Assembly: GCF_964213995.1 (NCBI RefSeq)
Contig: NC_135828.1
Location: 16,244,001-16,308,000, forward strand
Direction: 5' to 3'
DNA length: 64,000 bases
Source of the DNA: Mustelus asterias
Taxonomy: Eukaryota
Position 1 is the first letter of the stretch; each line of letters opens with the position of its first letter. Made by a program: the position numbers and the translations under genes. This document shows positions 35,832-47,828 of this stretch, piece by piece. The notes beneath the pieces are model-generated. The model was not told where the DNA came from. It searched no databases and was given only the letters and a program-made list of their open reading frames with translations.

Positions 35832-36540
35832 TTGCTATTCTCTCTTCCACCTTCTTTCGGGAAGAAGATAGAAAAGTCTGAGTTCACCTACCAACCGACA
35901 CAAGAACAGCTTCTTCCTTGCTGCCGTCAGACCTTTGAATGGACCTACATTTTAGAATCAGAGAATCCTACAGTAGAGGGAGGCCATTTGGCCCATCAAG
36001 TCTGTACCGACTACATATTAAGCTGATCTTGCTATACACCCTAGCTATGACTGTAACACCACATTCTGCAACCTCCCCTTTCCTTCTGCCCTATGTACTC
36101 TATGAACGGTATGTTTTGTCTGTATAGCACGTGAGAAACAATACTTGCCACTGCATCCCAATACAATCCATGGGGCAGCATGGTGGCGTTGTGGTTAGCA
36201 CTGCTGCCTCACAGCACCAGGGACCCGGATTCAATTCCTGCTTCAGGTCACTGTCTGTGTGGAGTTTGCATGTTCTCCCTGTGTCTGCGTGGGTTTCCTC
36301 CGAGTGCTCTGGTTTCCTCCCACAGTCCAAAGATGCACGGGTTAGATTGATTGGCCATGTTAAATTGACCCTTGGTGTCAGGGGGATTAGCAGGGTAAAT
36401 ACGTGGGGTTACGGGAATAGGGTCTGGGTGGGATTGTGGTCAGGTCAGATTTGATGGGCCGAATGTCCTCCGTCTGCACTGTAGGGATTATATGATTCCA
36501 TGTGACAATAAGTCAAATGAACTCAAATCAAATCAAAACA
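35832..36540 (+). mobile_element. Rex1/Babar-like LINE 3' end with a nested HE1-like SINE (36172-36500, tail type 1)
   Basis: Shared 3' UTR and (TCAAA)n tail. Confidence 0.75.
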
Positions 36541-37011
36541 CGTAAACAGGAAGTTGCCACCTGCTCAATACAGCTAGCTGCTCTTCGACCATAACAAACT
36601 TACCATACAGGTTTACAGCAGATACCTAGGAAGTGCCCATAATTCATACACCTTGAATAGATTACAGATCCTGGACATTATTGAGGGACCACACAGACTC
36701 TAGTGTTGGCTCCTCTGTGACCACATGTACCCATAAAGGACAGGGCTGATGGTGCTTGTGTGGTGGGCCCAGAATCCTGCACAGAGAAGGGACAATGATA
36801 CTCATGATACCCGAGTATTGGTGGCACAGACCCAGGGCATCTTAAAGATGTGATTCCCATGCCTGGAAAGGTCTGATGGAGAGTTCCAGTACAGTCTCAC
36901 AGATCATCATTGCCTTGCTGTATGCTGCTGTACAGAGGGAAGGACTTATCAGATTCCCACATGGAGAAGCTGTACATCTCCTCCGATGAGGTGGGTTTCA
37001 AAGTTCTAGTT

Positions 37012-37318
37012 TAAGTTTATTTATTAGTGTCACAAGTAGGCTTACATTAACACTGCAATGAAGTTACTGTGAAAATCCCCTAGTTGCCACACTCCGGCGC
37101 CTGTTCAGGTACACTGAGGGAGAATTTAGCACGGCCAATGCACCTAACCAGCATGTCTTTTGGACTATGGGAGGAAACCGGAGCACCCGGAGGAAAGCTA
37201 CGCAGACACGGGGAGAACATGCAAACTCCACATAGACAGTGACCCAAGCTGGGAATCGAACCCGGGTCCCTGGCGCTGTGAGACAGCAGTGTTAACCACT
37301 GTGCCACCCGTGCTGCCC
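37012..37318 (-). mobile_element. HE1-like SINE, tail type 2
   Basis: Head, body and tail match. Confidence 0.85.
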
Positions 37319-37517
37319 TAATTAAGGGGATGAGGGCATTGAGTTTGAGGAAGCCGAGGTTTCAGGGGAAGGGGCCATTGCTATGGCCAGATAAGGCAGG
37401 CATGTGTGTGAGATTCCAGGAGGGGGTGATGAGATGCAGTGAGTACCCTGTTGGACAAGTGCCCTACACCGTGAACCACCTGCTATTCCTCTCATTTCAC
37501 TCACTCAAATCAATATG

Positions 37518-37687
37518 CAGTGATAGTGGAGTCAAACACTTTAGGAACATTTAAGCGGTTATTGGATAGGCACATGGAGCACACCAGGATGATAGGGAGT
37601 GGGATAGCTTGATCTTGGTTTCAGATAAAGCTCGGCACAACATCGTGGGCCGAAGGGCCTGTTCTGTGCTGTACTGTTCTATGTTCT
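37518..37687 (+). mobile_element. Short young CR1 3' end with a 6-bp TSD
   Basis: Nearly identical to the 3' end of 20956-22110; AATATG at 37512-37517 and 37688-37693. Confidence 0.88.
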
Positions 37688-38699
37688 AATATGAGGGTGA
37701 ATAGTTACACATCAGGCTCGCAATGTCCTGACCCTTTGAAGGGTGATGAAGCCTCCTTGGTCTGTGGAGCAGGAGGGGATGAAGTCACAGGGAGAAGGGG
37801 TTGGGATTGGCTGGACAATCCTGGAGACACCTGAGTGGATGAGGCCGGGGGGTTCACCTGCGGGTCCTCATCCCTATGGGTGCCCGAGGACCCCTAGCTA
37901 ACCCCTTGAGGAGACGGGGTAGCTGGAGTGAGATTGGGGTGCCCCATCCCCCTCTCTTGTGGCCAACGATAGATGCCTTCAATGCCTGCACCAGCGAAGG
38001 ACCATCCTGATTAAGGTCTCCATGGCAATTGTCATCCCGCCAGTGTTGACCTCAGTGTGATCACTTCAGAGTGAACACGGACACACTGCTCCATCCCCGT
38101 CACAATCCGAGGAACTTCAGCTGCATCCCTTCCTGATGTTTCCGTGACTGTCACTGCAGTTCCACCAACTGGCTTAGCACCAAGTCCAAACGCTCGTCAC
38201 CTGACTCAGATCCGCAGAATTCCCAGCCTCCAGCAGTCCTCTGAAGGCCGGTGACCTCGGATGATCCTGCCTCCGGCTGCTGTGGACTAGATTATGTCCT
38301 ATGCTCACCAGATTGTGACCCCGAGCCTGTTCTCGAACCAGGTCCCACTGAGGTGTGTGTGTCTCTGCGCTGGTGGAAGGTGTGGGTGGGGGCTACAATG
38401 GGTCCTCTGCTGTAACGTCCTCCGATTCCTCCTCCAGGGCTTGAGCTAAGGGCCTGGTTGGTTGAAGCTGTCAGACGCTTGGCTGATGTGGATAATTAGT
38501 TCATGGCGGGTGACTGTAAAACAAGACAAAGTACTCACAGGATGGCAGTCTGGGGGATGAGCTGGTGTAAGATCCTCACCTGGGTGTTTGCTCCATCAAC
38601 ACAGGCATGGTCCACACCGTCTCCAGCTAGCTTTATGGCTGGGTTTTCTGACAGAGAGGACCTTGCGTTTTGGCACTCCACCTGCTGTCTGGACCGCTC

Positions 38700-39044
38700 C
38701 CCTATCTACACTTCCCGCTGCCTCGGCAAAACAGCCAGCATAGTCCAGGACCCCACGCACCCCGGACATTCTCTCTCTTCTTCTATCGGGAAAAAGATAC
38801 AAAAGTCTGAGGTCATGTACCAACCGACTCAAGAACAGCTTCTTCCCTGCTGGCGTCAGACTTTTGAATGGGCCTACCTTGCATTAAGTTGATCTTTCTC
38901 TACACCCTAGCTATGACTGTAACACTACATTCTGCACCCTCTCCTTTCCTGTTCTATGAACAGTATGCTTTTTCTGTACAGCGTGCAAGAAACAATACTT
39001 TTCATTGTATAATAATACATGTGACAATAATAAATCAGATCAAA
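38700..39044 (+). mobile_element. Rex1/Babar-like LINE 3' end
   Basis: YTSRCLGKTASIVQDPTHPGHSL and the shared 3' UTR. Confidence 0.75.
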
Positions 39045-39356
39045 ATGTGTGAGCTTGTCCTGCATAAAGACAGGTAGAGAGTGAGCAAAACGGGTGCCAG
39101 GGCAGATGATGAAGATGCCTGGCATGTGTGGGTGGTGAGGGGCACCATAGACAGGATAAGAACATGATCCCCATTCAACCCTGGTCAGCAACCTGCTTTG
39201 CCCAGCCTTCCCAGGGCAGCCACAGGGGGATGTGCCTCTGCAGCCACAGGGGGATGTGCCTCTGCAGCATTGCGTGTGGCCAAGGGAGGTAGGAGTGCTT
39301 CTGCCTGTCCTTCAGAACAAACCGATTCCGGTAAGATTGGAACCCTCCTCCTTAGG

Positions 39357-39687
39357 ATCACAGAAACCCTACAGTACAGAAGGAGGCCATTCGGCCCACC
39401 GAGTCTACACCGACAACAATCCCACCCAGGCCCTGTTCCCGTAACCCTACATATTTACCCCGCTAAACACTCTAACTTACACATCTCAGGACACTAAGGG
39501 ACAATTTAACCTGGCCAATCCACCTAACCCGCACATCTTTGGAGTGTGGGAGGAAACCAGAGCATCCGGAGGAAACCCACGCAGACACGGGGAGAATGTG
39601 CAAACACCACACAGACAGTGACCCAAGCCGGGAATTGAACCCAGGTCCCCTGGCGCTGTGAGGCAGCAGTGCTAACCACTGTGCCAC
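39357..39687 (-). mobile_element. HE1-like SINE, tail type 1
   Basis: Head, body and tail match. Confidence 0.85.
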
Positions 39688-40589
39688 TCAATCTCCCCAC
39701 CATCCAAACATCCCCTCCGCTCCCAGCTCAGAGATTGGACACCCCGCCCCCACCCCCCCTCCACCTCCCGGGACTAGGTCACACCCCTTCCCTAGGATCA
39801 AGAGTGGACAATGTCCCACACTCTCACTGTCAGCTGCAAGCTCTGTGGTGGTGACCTGCTCTGGAAAGCTGTCCATTGGATTGGAGGAGGGGCCAGCCTA
39901 TCAAGCTGACCTTTCGGCAAGGATCCAGTCAGCAAAATAAGTCACGAGTTGTGTAGCCAAAACCACAAGAGATTCGGGAAGTCCACTCCTGTCAACCTCA
40001 GGAGGAGAACATCCTCAGTGACATTTCTTCCTGACAGGGTCACATTCTGTTCACTTTATGTATACCCTGTGTTCGTGATTCAAAGGTCCGACTGATATGG
40101 ATGAAGCTAACTCAACGTTCAATCATCCAGTTATCCATTATCTTAAAGTGAGCAAGTTCCTCTTAGCTTTCCTGTCCCAAGATGTCCACACCCAGACGCC
40201 ATTCCTGAAATGAAGGTTTAACATGGTTTGAACAGGCTGCTCCAGAACCTTCTTCAGGTTCTGAGAATGGTAAGGCTGCCAGATAGAATCTGTCTCTTCT
40301 GATGATAATTCAGCCAGATAACTGAATCATCATCGACGTTTGAGTGTAATTCCTTTATTTAACAAGAGTGGGAATTCTATATTTAAATCCTTTACTCCTC
40401 TGCAATTGAACAGCATTATAATGTAACAATCCAGTCCCAAAGACTCACGGAGACAGATTATTGTCTCGTTAAGACTAGTTATGTATTTGCTAAATGCTCA
40501 TGAATTTGAACTTGGATTATTTATCCTAAGGGCCTGATTTTAACTCAATCAAAACAATTCAATTTGATGGAGTTAAATTTTGGTTTGAG

Positions 40590-40863
40590 ACTTACATTAA
40601 CATTGCAATGAAGTTACTTTGAAAATCCCCTAGTTGCCACACTCTGGCGCCTGTTCAGATACACTGAGGGAGAATTTAGCATGGCCAATGCACCTAACCA
40701 GCATGTTTTTCAGACTGTGGGAGGAAACCGGAGCGCCCGGAGGAAACCCACACAGACACGGGGAGAACGTGCAGACTCCACACAGTCACCCAAGACCGGA
40801 ATCGAACCCGGGCTCCTGGCGCTGTGAGGCAGCAGTGCTAACCACTGTGCCACCATGCCGCCC
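40590..40863 (-). mobile_element. HE1-like SINE, tail type 2
   Basis: Head, body and tail match. Confidence 0.85.
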
Positions 40864-40993
40864 TGCTGTGACTTTGATCAGGGTTGTGTCGGTGCTGTGA
40901 CAAGGCTGAGATCAGAGAGATTCGAACATGTATTTGTGGGAAATGTGCGCACGGATTGGGGAGGCGGATGCTCATGAAATTTTGAGAGACAAA

Positions 40994-41307
40994 ATCATAG
41001 AATTCCTACAGTGCAGAAGGAGACCATTCAGCCCATTGAGTCTGCACCGACCACAATCCCACCCAGGCCCTATTCCAATGGCCCCACACATTTACCCTGC
41101 TAATCCCCCTGACACTAGGGTCAATTTATCATGGCCAATCAACCTAACCCGCACATCTTTGGAGCATGGGAGGAAACTGGAGCACCCGGAGGAAACCCAC
41201 GCAGACATGGGGAGAATGTGCAAACTCCACACAGACAGTGACCCAAGGCCAGAATCGAATCCGTATCCCTGGTGATGTGAGGCAGCAGTACTAACCACTG
41301 TGCCACC
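40994..41307 (-). mobile_element. HE1-like SINE, tail type 1
   Basis: Head, body and tail match. Confidence 0.85.
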
Positions 41308-41309
41308 CT

Positions 41310-41870
41310 TATGACCCTGATGGGTCAGTGGTTGGCAAAAACAGAGAGGGGAAAGGGCGCGTTTCCTGAGGAGTGGGGTAATGATGATGGTTTTGTGAGG
41401 GAAGGGCAGAGTAGCTGAGGCGAGGGAACCATTTACAATCTCGGCTGGTACAGGGGCCAGGAAGGAATGCTGGGTGGCCAGCAGTAGAGTGGAAGAGGAG
41501 TCTGTTGGACAACATGAACTCAAAAAACAGGCAGGAGCAGTGATAGGAGAGAAAGTAGAGAAAGGAACATTGTGGGCAAGGGGATACATTGAGGATCAGT
41601 CTGGCTCGATGGTCAGGTAGATGGAAGGTGTGCAGCAGCTGAGGAGGTGGAATGGATAATCACATTCCTAATGACAAAGAAATCCATGAATGAGCTCCTC
41701 GCACTCATTGGAGACGAGGGTGGAGGAAAGCTGCTGAGATTGGAGAAAGGAAGTGGGGGATCATCTTTGCTCTCCAGGATAATCCTGGAGTACTGAGTGT
41801 TTAGCCAGAGGAGGGTGAGGACGCATGATATGTTTTGATCAGATCTAACAATGGATGGCCAAAGCAGCTA
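41310..41870 (-). mobile_element. Old L2-type LINE ORF2 fragment
   Basis: SCCPTDSSSTLLL..HSFLAPVPAEIVNGSLASATLPFPHKTIIITPLLRK resembles the L2 pre-RT segment (SCxLDPIPT..L...IVN.SL..G.VP..FK.A.ITPLLKK). Confidence 0.65.
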
Positions 41871-41989
41871 GTGCTTCTTGTATTTTAAATAAAACAACAC
41901 AAATATCGCCTTGAAAATCTACCTTAAGCTGCAGTAACGTCTGTGACTAATAACATCCACCAACCATTTTAGATTCAACTCTGTGTGAC

Positions 41990-42300
41990 TAGAATGAGGG
42001 GACACAGTTGTAAAAATAAGAGTCTCCCATTTAAGGTGGAGATGAGAAGAATGGTTTTCTCTGAGGGTTGTGAATCTTTGGAGCTCTCTTCATCAGAGAG
42101 TGGTGGAGGCAGGGTCAATGAATGTTTACAAGGCAGAGGTAGAGAGATTTTTGACTAACGAAAGAGTCAAAGGCTATCGGGGGTCGGTGGAATGTGGACT
42201 TAAGGTCACAATCAGATCAGCCATGTTCTCATTGAAGGGTGGAAAAAATGCGAAGGGCTGAATGGCCTACTTTGACTCCTAATTTGGATGTTTATACATT
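41990..42300 (+). mobile_element. Degraded CR1 LINE 3' end
   Basis: Homologous to 3070-3470. Confidence 0.75.
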
Positions 42301-42600
42301 CTACAATTTTTAACTCCACCTCTTGTGGAAACCAAAGCCAAGTATTTATTTAGTTCAGTCTCTATGACAGGTCTATATATTGCTCCATTCCTATCATGAC
42401 TGTCCTTAACTGCAAACATGCCTTAAAAATCTTTTCTTTGTCCCAATGTTTTTGTTTGTATATTTTCTCGTTAATAATTGTTGAATAAAAATGATTGTTT
42501 TCACATATTATTTGATGTGGAGTCACTCATTCCTGTTACGTCCAGAGTACAGCTCCCAGCCTGAGTGAGACTCTACAGGGGATTAGAGTTACTTTTTAAT

Positions 42601-42901
42601 AATCATAGAATCCCTACGGTGCTGAAGGAGGCCATTCGGCCCAACGAGTCTGCACCGACCACAATCCCACCCAGGCCCTATCCCCGTAACCCCACATATT
42701 TACCCTGCTAATCTCTTGACACTAAGGGGCAATTTAGCATGGTCAATCCACCTAACCCGCACATCTTTGAAGAGTGGGAGGAAACCGGAGGAAACCCATG
42801 CAGACCCAGGGAGAACGTGCAGACTCCACACAGTGACCCAAGCCAGAATTGAACACAGGTCCCTGGCGCTGTGAGGCAGCAGTGCTAACCACTGTGCCGC
42901 C
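42601..42901 (-). mobile_element. HE1-like SINE, tail type 1
   Basis: Head, body and tail match. Confidence 0.85.
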
Positions 42902-43514
42902 CGAACAGAAAATGCAGAAAACCTGGCAACACTGCAGAGCAACTCCAATTTCTGGTGCTGTTTCGAATCACAGAAAGGTCATCATAAATTCCTGGCTCTT
43001 CGAAAGACCTGTGCAGTTAACCCTTTTGCCTTTTCCTTATAGCCCTTTGATCTCCTCCCCCATTCCCACCCACCCCCACTTTTTAAGTAGATATATGTTT
43101 CCTTCTGAAAGTCACTATTGAATTTTCTTCCACCATGCACCCTTGTTTTGGGGGTCTCAAAGTAGGAGGGAGAGAGATCTGGTGTTCATGGACTGCAGGA
43201 CACCTGAACGCACTCCACTAACAGTTAATTTTTTTTCTGGAGTACAGTCGCTTGTTCTATAACCAAATGTAGATAACTAAATTTGTGGATGACACAGAGA
43301 TGGATGGAAAGTATGTTGAGAAGTGGACATAAGGAGATTGTTGATAGATATAGATGGTTTGACAGTGTGCAAATTTCTGGCAGATGGAGTATAATGTGGG
43401 AAAGTGTGAAGTTGTTCACTTTGGCAGAAAGAATAAAAAGCAGAGCACCACACAACTGGAGAACCAGTGCAGAATTCCAAGGTCCGTCTCCATGGTGCAC
43501 TGGAGGGTTGGCTC

Positions 43515-44135
43515 CACCTCCAGGGCTGCGGATGGCGCTGTGTGTGGAGCCCGGGTAATGCCTCCAGTACTGCGGGTGGCGCTGTGTCTGGAGTCCGGGA
43601 TCCGGTTTATGCGGAGCTGCGGGTGGCGCTGTGTCTGGAGTCCGGGCAGTACCTCCTGTACTGCAGGAGGTGCTGTTTCGGGAGTCAAGGCAGTACCTCC
43701 AGTGCTGCGGGTGGCGCTGTGTCGGGAGTCAAGGCAGTATCTCCAGTGCTGCGGGTGGCGCTGTGTCAGGAGTCAAGGCAGTACATCCAGTGCTGCGGGT
43801 GGCGCTGTGTCCGGAGTCCGCACAGTACCTCCAGGGCTGCGGGTGGCGCTGTGTCGGGAGTCAAGGCAGTACCTCCAACGCTGCGGGTGGCGCTGTGTCT
43901 GGAGTCAAGGCAGTACCTCCAGGGCTACGGGTGGCGCTGTGTCTGGAGTCCAGGCAATACCTCCAGTGCTGCGGGTGGCGCTGTGTCGGGAGTCAATACA
44001 GTACCTCCAGTGTTGCGGGTGGCGCTGTGTCTGGAGTCCGAACAGTACCTCCAGTGCTGCGGGTGGCGCTGTGTCTGGAGTCCGGGCAGTGCCTCCCAGT
44101 GCTGCGGGTGGCGCTGTGGGTGGAGTCCGGGCTCC
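43515..44135. repeat. GC-rich 44-bp minisatellite, 14 copies
   Basis: Unit approximately GCGGGTGGCGCTGTGTCTGGAGTC(AA/CG)GGCAGTACCTCCAGTGCT; starts at 43528, 43572, 43619, 43663, then every 44 bp to 44059, and 44104. Confidence 0.95.
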
Positions 44136-44229
44136 GGGTTGTGCGGGGCTGCAGGGGACGCTGTGTTATGTTGATGTGTGTGTGGGGGGAGCTGGCGATG
44201 AAGCTGTGTGGGGATCCGCTGGGCGTCTA

Positions 44230-44303
44230 TCTGACGTAGGGGCCGGACTCCGGCTTTAGGTGAAGAGGCAGAATCGGCTGCTGACACGGAGCGGGTGTAT
44301 GGG
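44230..44303 (+). other. SAMD8: Probable non-coding exon 1 / CpG-rich promoter region of SAMD8
   Basis: CpG-rich non-repeat stretch, CRE-like TGACGTAG at 44232, donor GG|GTGAGT at 44304. The coding exon at 59723 begins with a splice acceptor, so an upstream UTR exon is required. Start coordinate approximate. Confidence 0.5.
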
Positions 44304-44664
44304 GTGAGTAAGAGCCGCCGGGAGAGTTGGAAGTGGGCAGCAGCGGGGCTGCTGTTGAGGCCCAGCTGGAGCGGCTGTGGGGCAGGGTTACAGCCAGAGC
44401 TCCATCGCTGGCTGCTACCTCTGAGTGCCTGAACAATACTGTCTGCTCATTCACAAGCCTTTACCTAACAGGCTCTGTGATGTGGGAAGCAGGTCAGTAA
44501 GAAATCTGTCCAATTTAATTCATTCAGTGTACCTGGTTGAAGGTCAGTGAAACCTAACAGATAAATACTATACTGACTGGCAAATAACTTTTAGGATCTG
44601 CTCCCATTTGATCTGGTTCCAGTGAGTAGATTGTTTACTGGATCTGAATTCTATATCTTTTCTG

Positions 44665-44960
44665 AAAGTTTATTTATTAGTGTCACAAATAGGCTTAACA
44701 CTGCAATGAAGTTACTGTGAAAATCCCCTAGACGCCACACTCCGGTGCCTGTTCGGGTAACACTGAGGGAGAATTTAGTACGGCCAACGCACCCTAACCA
44801 GCACGTCTTTCAGACTGTGGGAGGAAACCGGAGCACCCGGAGGAAACCCACACAGACATGGGGAGAATGTGCAGACACCGCACAGACAGTGACCCAAGCT
44901 GGGAATCAAACCTGGGTCCCTGGCGCTGTGAGACGGCAGTGCTAACCACTGCGTTGCCCC
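44665..44960 (-). mobile_element. HE1-like SINE, tail type 2
   Basis: Head, body and tail match. Confidence 0.85.
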
Positions 44961-44970
44961 GGGATAGATT

Positions 44971-45114
44971 CTATCTGTCTCCCTATCTGTCTCCCTATCT
45001 GTCTCCCTATCTGTCTCCCTATCTGTCTCCCTATCTGTCTCCCTATCTGTCTCCCTATCTGTCTCCCTATCTGTCTCCCTATCTGTCTCCCTATCTGTCT
45101 CCCTATCTGTCTCC
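44971..45114. repeat. Perfect 12-bp tandem repeat (CTATCTGTCTCC)x12
   Basis: Directly visible. Confidence 0.97.
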
Positions 45115-47534
45115 CGTTAGTGTGTGTGGAAATGGCAGCTTTGTTTGTTATTGCTCCAACTGGAAAATAAAATTGATATGGAAATTGTTCATTCAGTAAA
45201 CTTGATCAGAGGTTTATGAATGATGCATGTAAATTAGTGTTTGGGAAGCTTGCTTTCTTTCTATTTGGGTCAGAAGGGCGGTGCCATTCGCAAACGTACT
45301 AAATTACATGATTTCATTTGTGTGTTGCTGTTAATGGGTTTAATTTGGGAAATCCTCAAGAAGATTAAAGATCTGTAACCGATCTGATAAGTAGGCAGAC
45401 CCACTTGCCCGAATAATGAAGTGACCTGAAACCAGAAAGTGAGCTGCAGTCAATCAGTCAGGGGTACATCTGTGGAAGGTGAAGCTACACTGCGCTGAAT
45501 ATTTACTCAATGTGTGGCCACAGTGCCCCATTGGAATGCATCTAAGTGGCCGACAAGGACAAAAAGCCTGAATGCTTTATCGAATGATTAGTTTTATGAA
45601 CATTAGCTGTGGGAAGATTATTTAATTTGGTGCATTCTATATATCTTTGCATTCTGTGGTACCAATCTCTCTCATTGGGGAGGGGGGGGGGGGAAGATTC
45701 AACAGCCCAGGCTTCCCCTGAGACCTGCCAAACTCAGAGAACTGGCTTCATGATTCTTATCCAACTGCAAACTGGCCACGATTCCCAGGCGCTGGAACGG
45801 CGAACAGCCTGATGGACATTTGGCAACAGTGCTTTTCATCAAGTTGCTCAACTGATAATGACCTCATTTTCAGCTTCCTTATTTTGACTCATGGTTTCAA
45901 AGCTTGTGATTTGTAGGTGACCTGCAGACTTTATTCCCTTAATCATCATCCCTCAGTGTGCTATACTGGAATAGTTTTGGCCCGTTGTCACATAAAATGC
46001 AGATCTTTACCCATGCCAACCTGTGGAGAATTTTTACAGCTTTGAAAACTAATATCTAGCACTTCCAGGAGCTGTTCAGCAACCAACCAATCCAACACTG
46101 CTTACAGGAGTCAGTGACCTTAATCACCATCGATAGTTTGGGTAGAATTTTCCAGCCCTGCCCACTGGAATCTTCCAGTCCCGGTGAAGTCAATGGACTC
46201 TTGGCTGGCTTGCCGCAGGATGGAAAATCCTGGCTTTTGCCTTTGGAGGTATGCAGTGAAAGCCCTTTGCCAGCTGGCTAGCTGTAAATCTGAAGTAATA
46301 TAGGCAGCGCCATATTAATAATGAGCCAGTGTGCACGTCTTCAGATATAGCAGATCAGTTAGGAAATTAGTCCACCCCTTCCCCCCCGCCCTCATCACCA
46401 ACCAGAAACTGTCTTCCTGTCTGAGATTGCATCCAGAGATGCGTGTGTAATGTTACATGGATTGCGCAGAAAATAAACGGGGGTTGCACAACACCTACTC
46501 AGTTTAAAGTTTGCAACCCAAAGTAATCAGATGGTGTGAATGAATGAATGTGTGAAGTTTTTCTCACAATTCTAATACTATTACTGGGCATTGCTAAAAG
46601 CAACAGCCATCCTGTCGAATATTCTAGGTTGCTAAAATAGCACCAGTAACTAGAATGGCTATAGTAGCTCCAAATCTTGCTTTATACAACAAATGCATTT
46701 GAACACAAGAAGTCTGTTATGTCACACTTAATTTCTTCCCATTTTCTTATTGTGAAAAATGGGATACGCAGAATATAAATAGGATATTAGATGATTTTTA
46801 CTCAAGTCATAAGGGCTGACGACCAGACTTGGGGGAATTTGCTTGCAGTTATTCGAGTGTAACCTTGAATGGGGACAAAATTATCATTTGCTCCGGAGTG
46901 TTTCTACCCTTGGCTGTGCATGTCCTTGCATCCTATCTCACAGAATTATAGGCCAAGATATGAACATTGAAGTTGTGTGCCATATCATTTCCAAAGATCT
47001 GTCACTGTAACGTGACAGTTCAGCTGATACAGTAGCTACTGGGCAGTAACCTATTAAACCTCCTGACTTAGCACCTGGGAGACATTTTGCGAGAAGTTCA
47101 GATATCCGTCTGTCCTGTGGGTATTTGGGTCGCTTATTGCGAGCAGGAGAGATACGTGTTTGTTTAAGAGGTGAACTGAAAAACAATTAGAGTAAGGTAG
47201 GATCAAGTTTTGCATCAACATTTTAATGCATGTGATGCGATTGATTTTCTATATCCCGAGGCGCAGGAGCTGAATTCCGTGAATCTGATTGTCTTAATCT
47301 GCTGTTTACTTATCTAATTACTATAAATAACAATACGTTACTAAATCTAATTGGTACCTTAGCTGCAATTTAATTGCTGTAAGAATGTGGAGGACTCGAA
47401 GGCAAAGGATTCACATAAATCAAAATTAGTGATTTTTAAAAAAAATTCTCAAATGTGCTCAATGACCCAGATAATGAGCATGTAACGCATACACTGAGAG
47501 TGTGTAGTGAGTGAGGACTCGCATACCGATGTGG

Positions 47535-47828
47535 TCATAGAAGCCATACAGTGCAGAAGGAGGCCATTTGGCCCATCGCGTCTGCACCGACCACAATCCC
47601 ACCCTAACCCCCATGCATTTACCCCAGCTCGTCTCCCTGATACTCAGGGGCAATTTAGCACGGCCAATCCACCTAACCCGCACATCTTCGGAGTGTGGGA
47701 GGAAACCGGAGCACCCGGAGGAAACCCACGCAGACACGGGGAGAAACTCCACACAGACCGTGACCCAAGCCGGGAATCGAACCCAGGTCCCTGGCGCTGT
47801 GAGGCAGCACTGCTAACCACTGTGCCAC
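47535..47828 (-). mobile_element. HE1-like SINE, tail type 1
   Basis: Head, body and tail match. Confidence 0.85.

Noticed and set aside
43384-44259. Three long overlapping ORFs (291, 235, 202 aa) and a CRISPR-like periodicity
   Set aside because: Artefact of a stop-free 44-bp minisatellite; units are contiguous with no unique spacers, and the DNA is vertebrate
44858-45199. (YLSP)n repeat protein
   Set aside because: Translation of the 12-bp tandem repeat joined to a SINE
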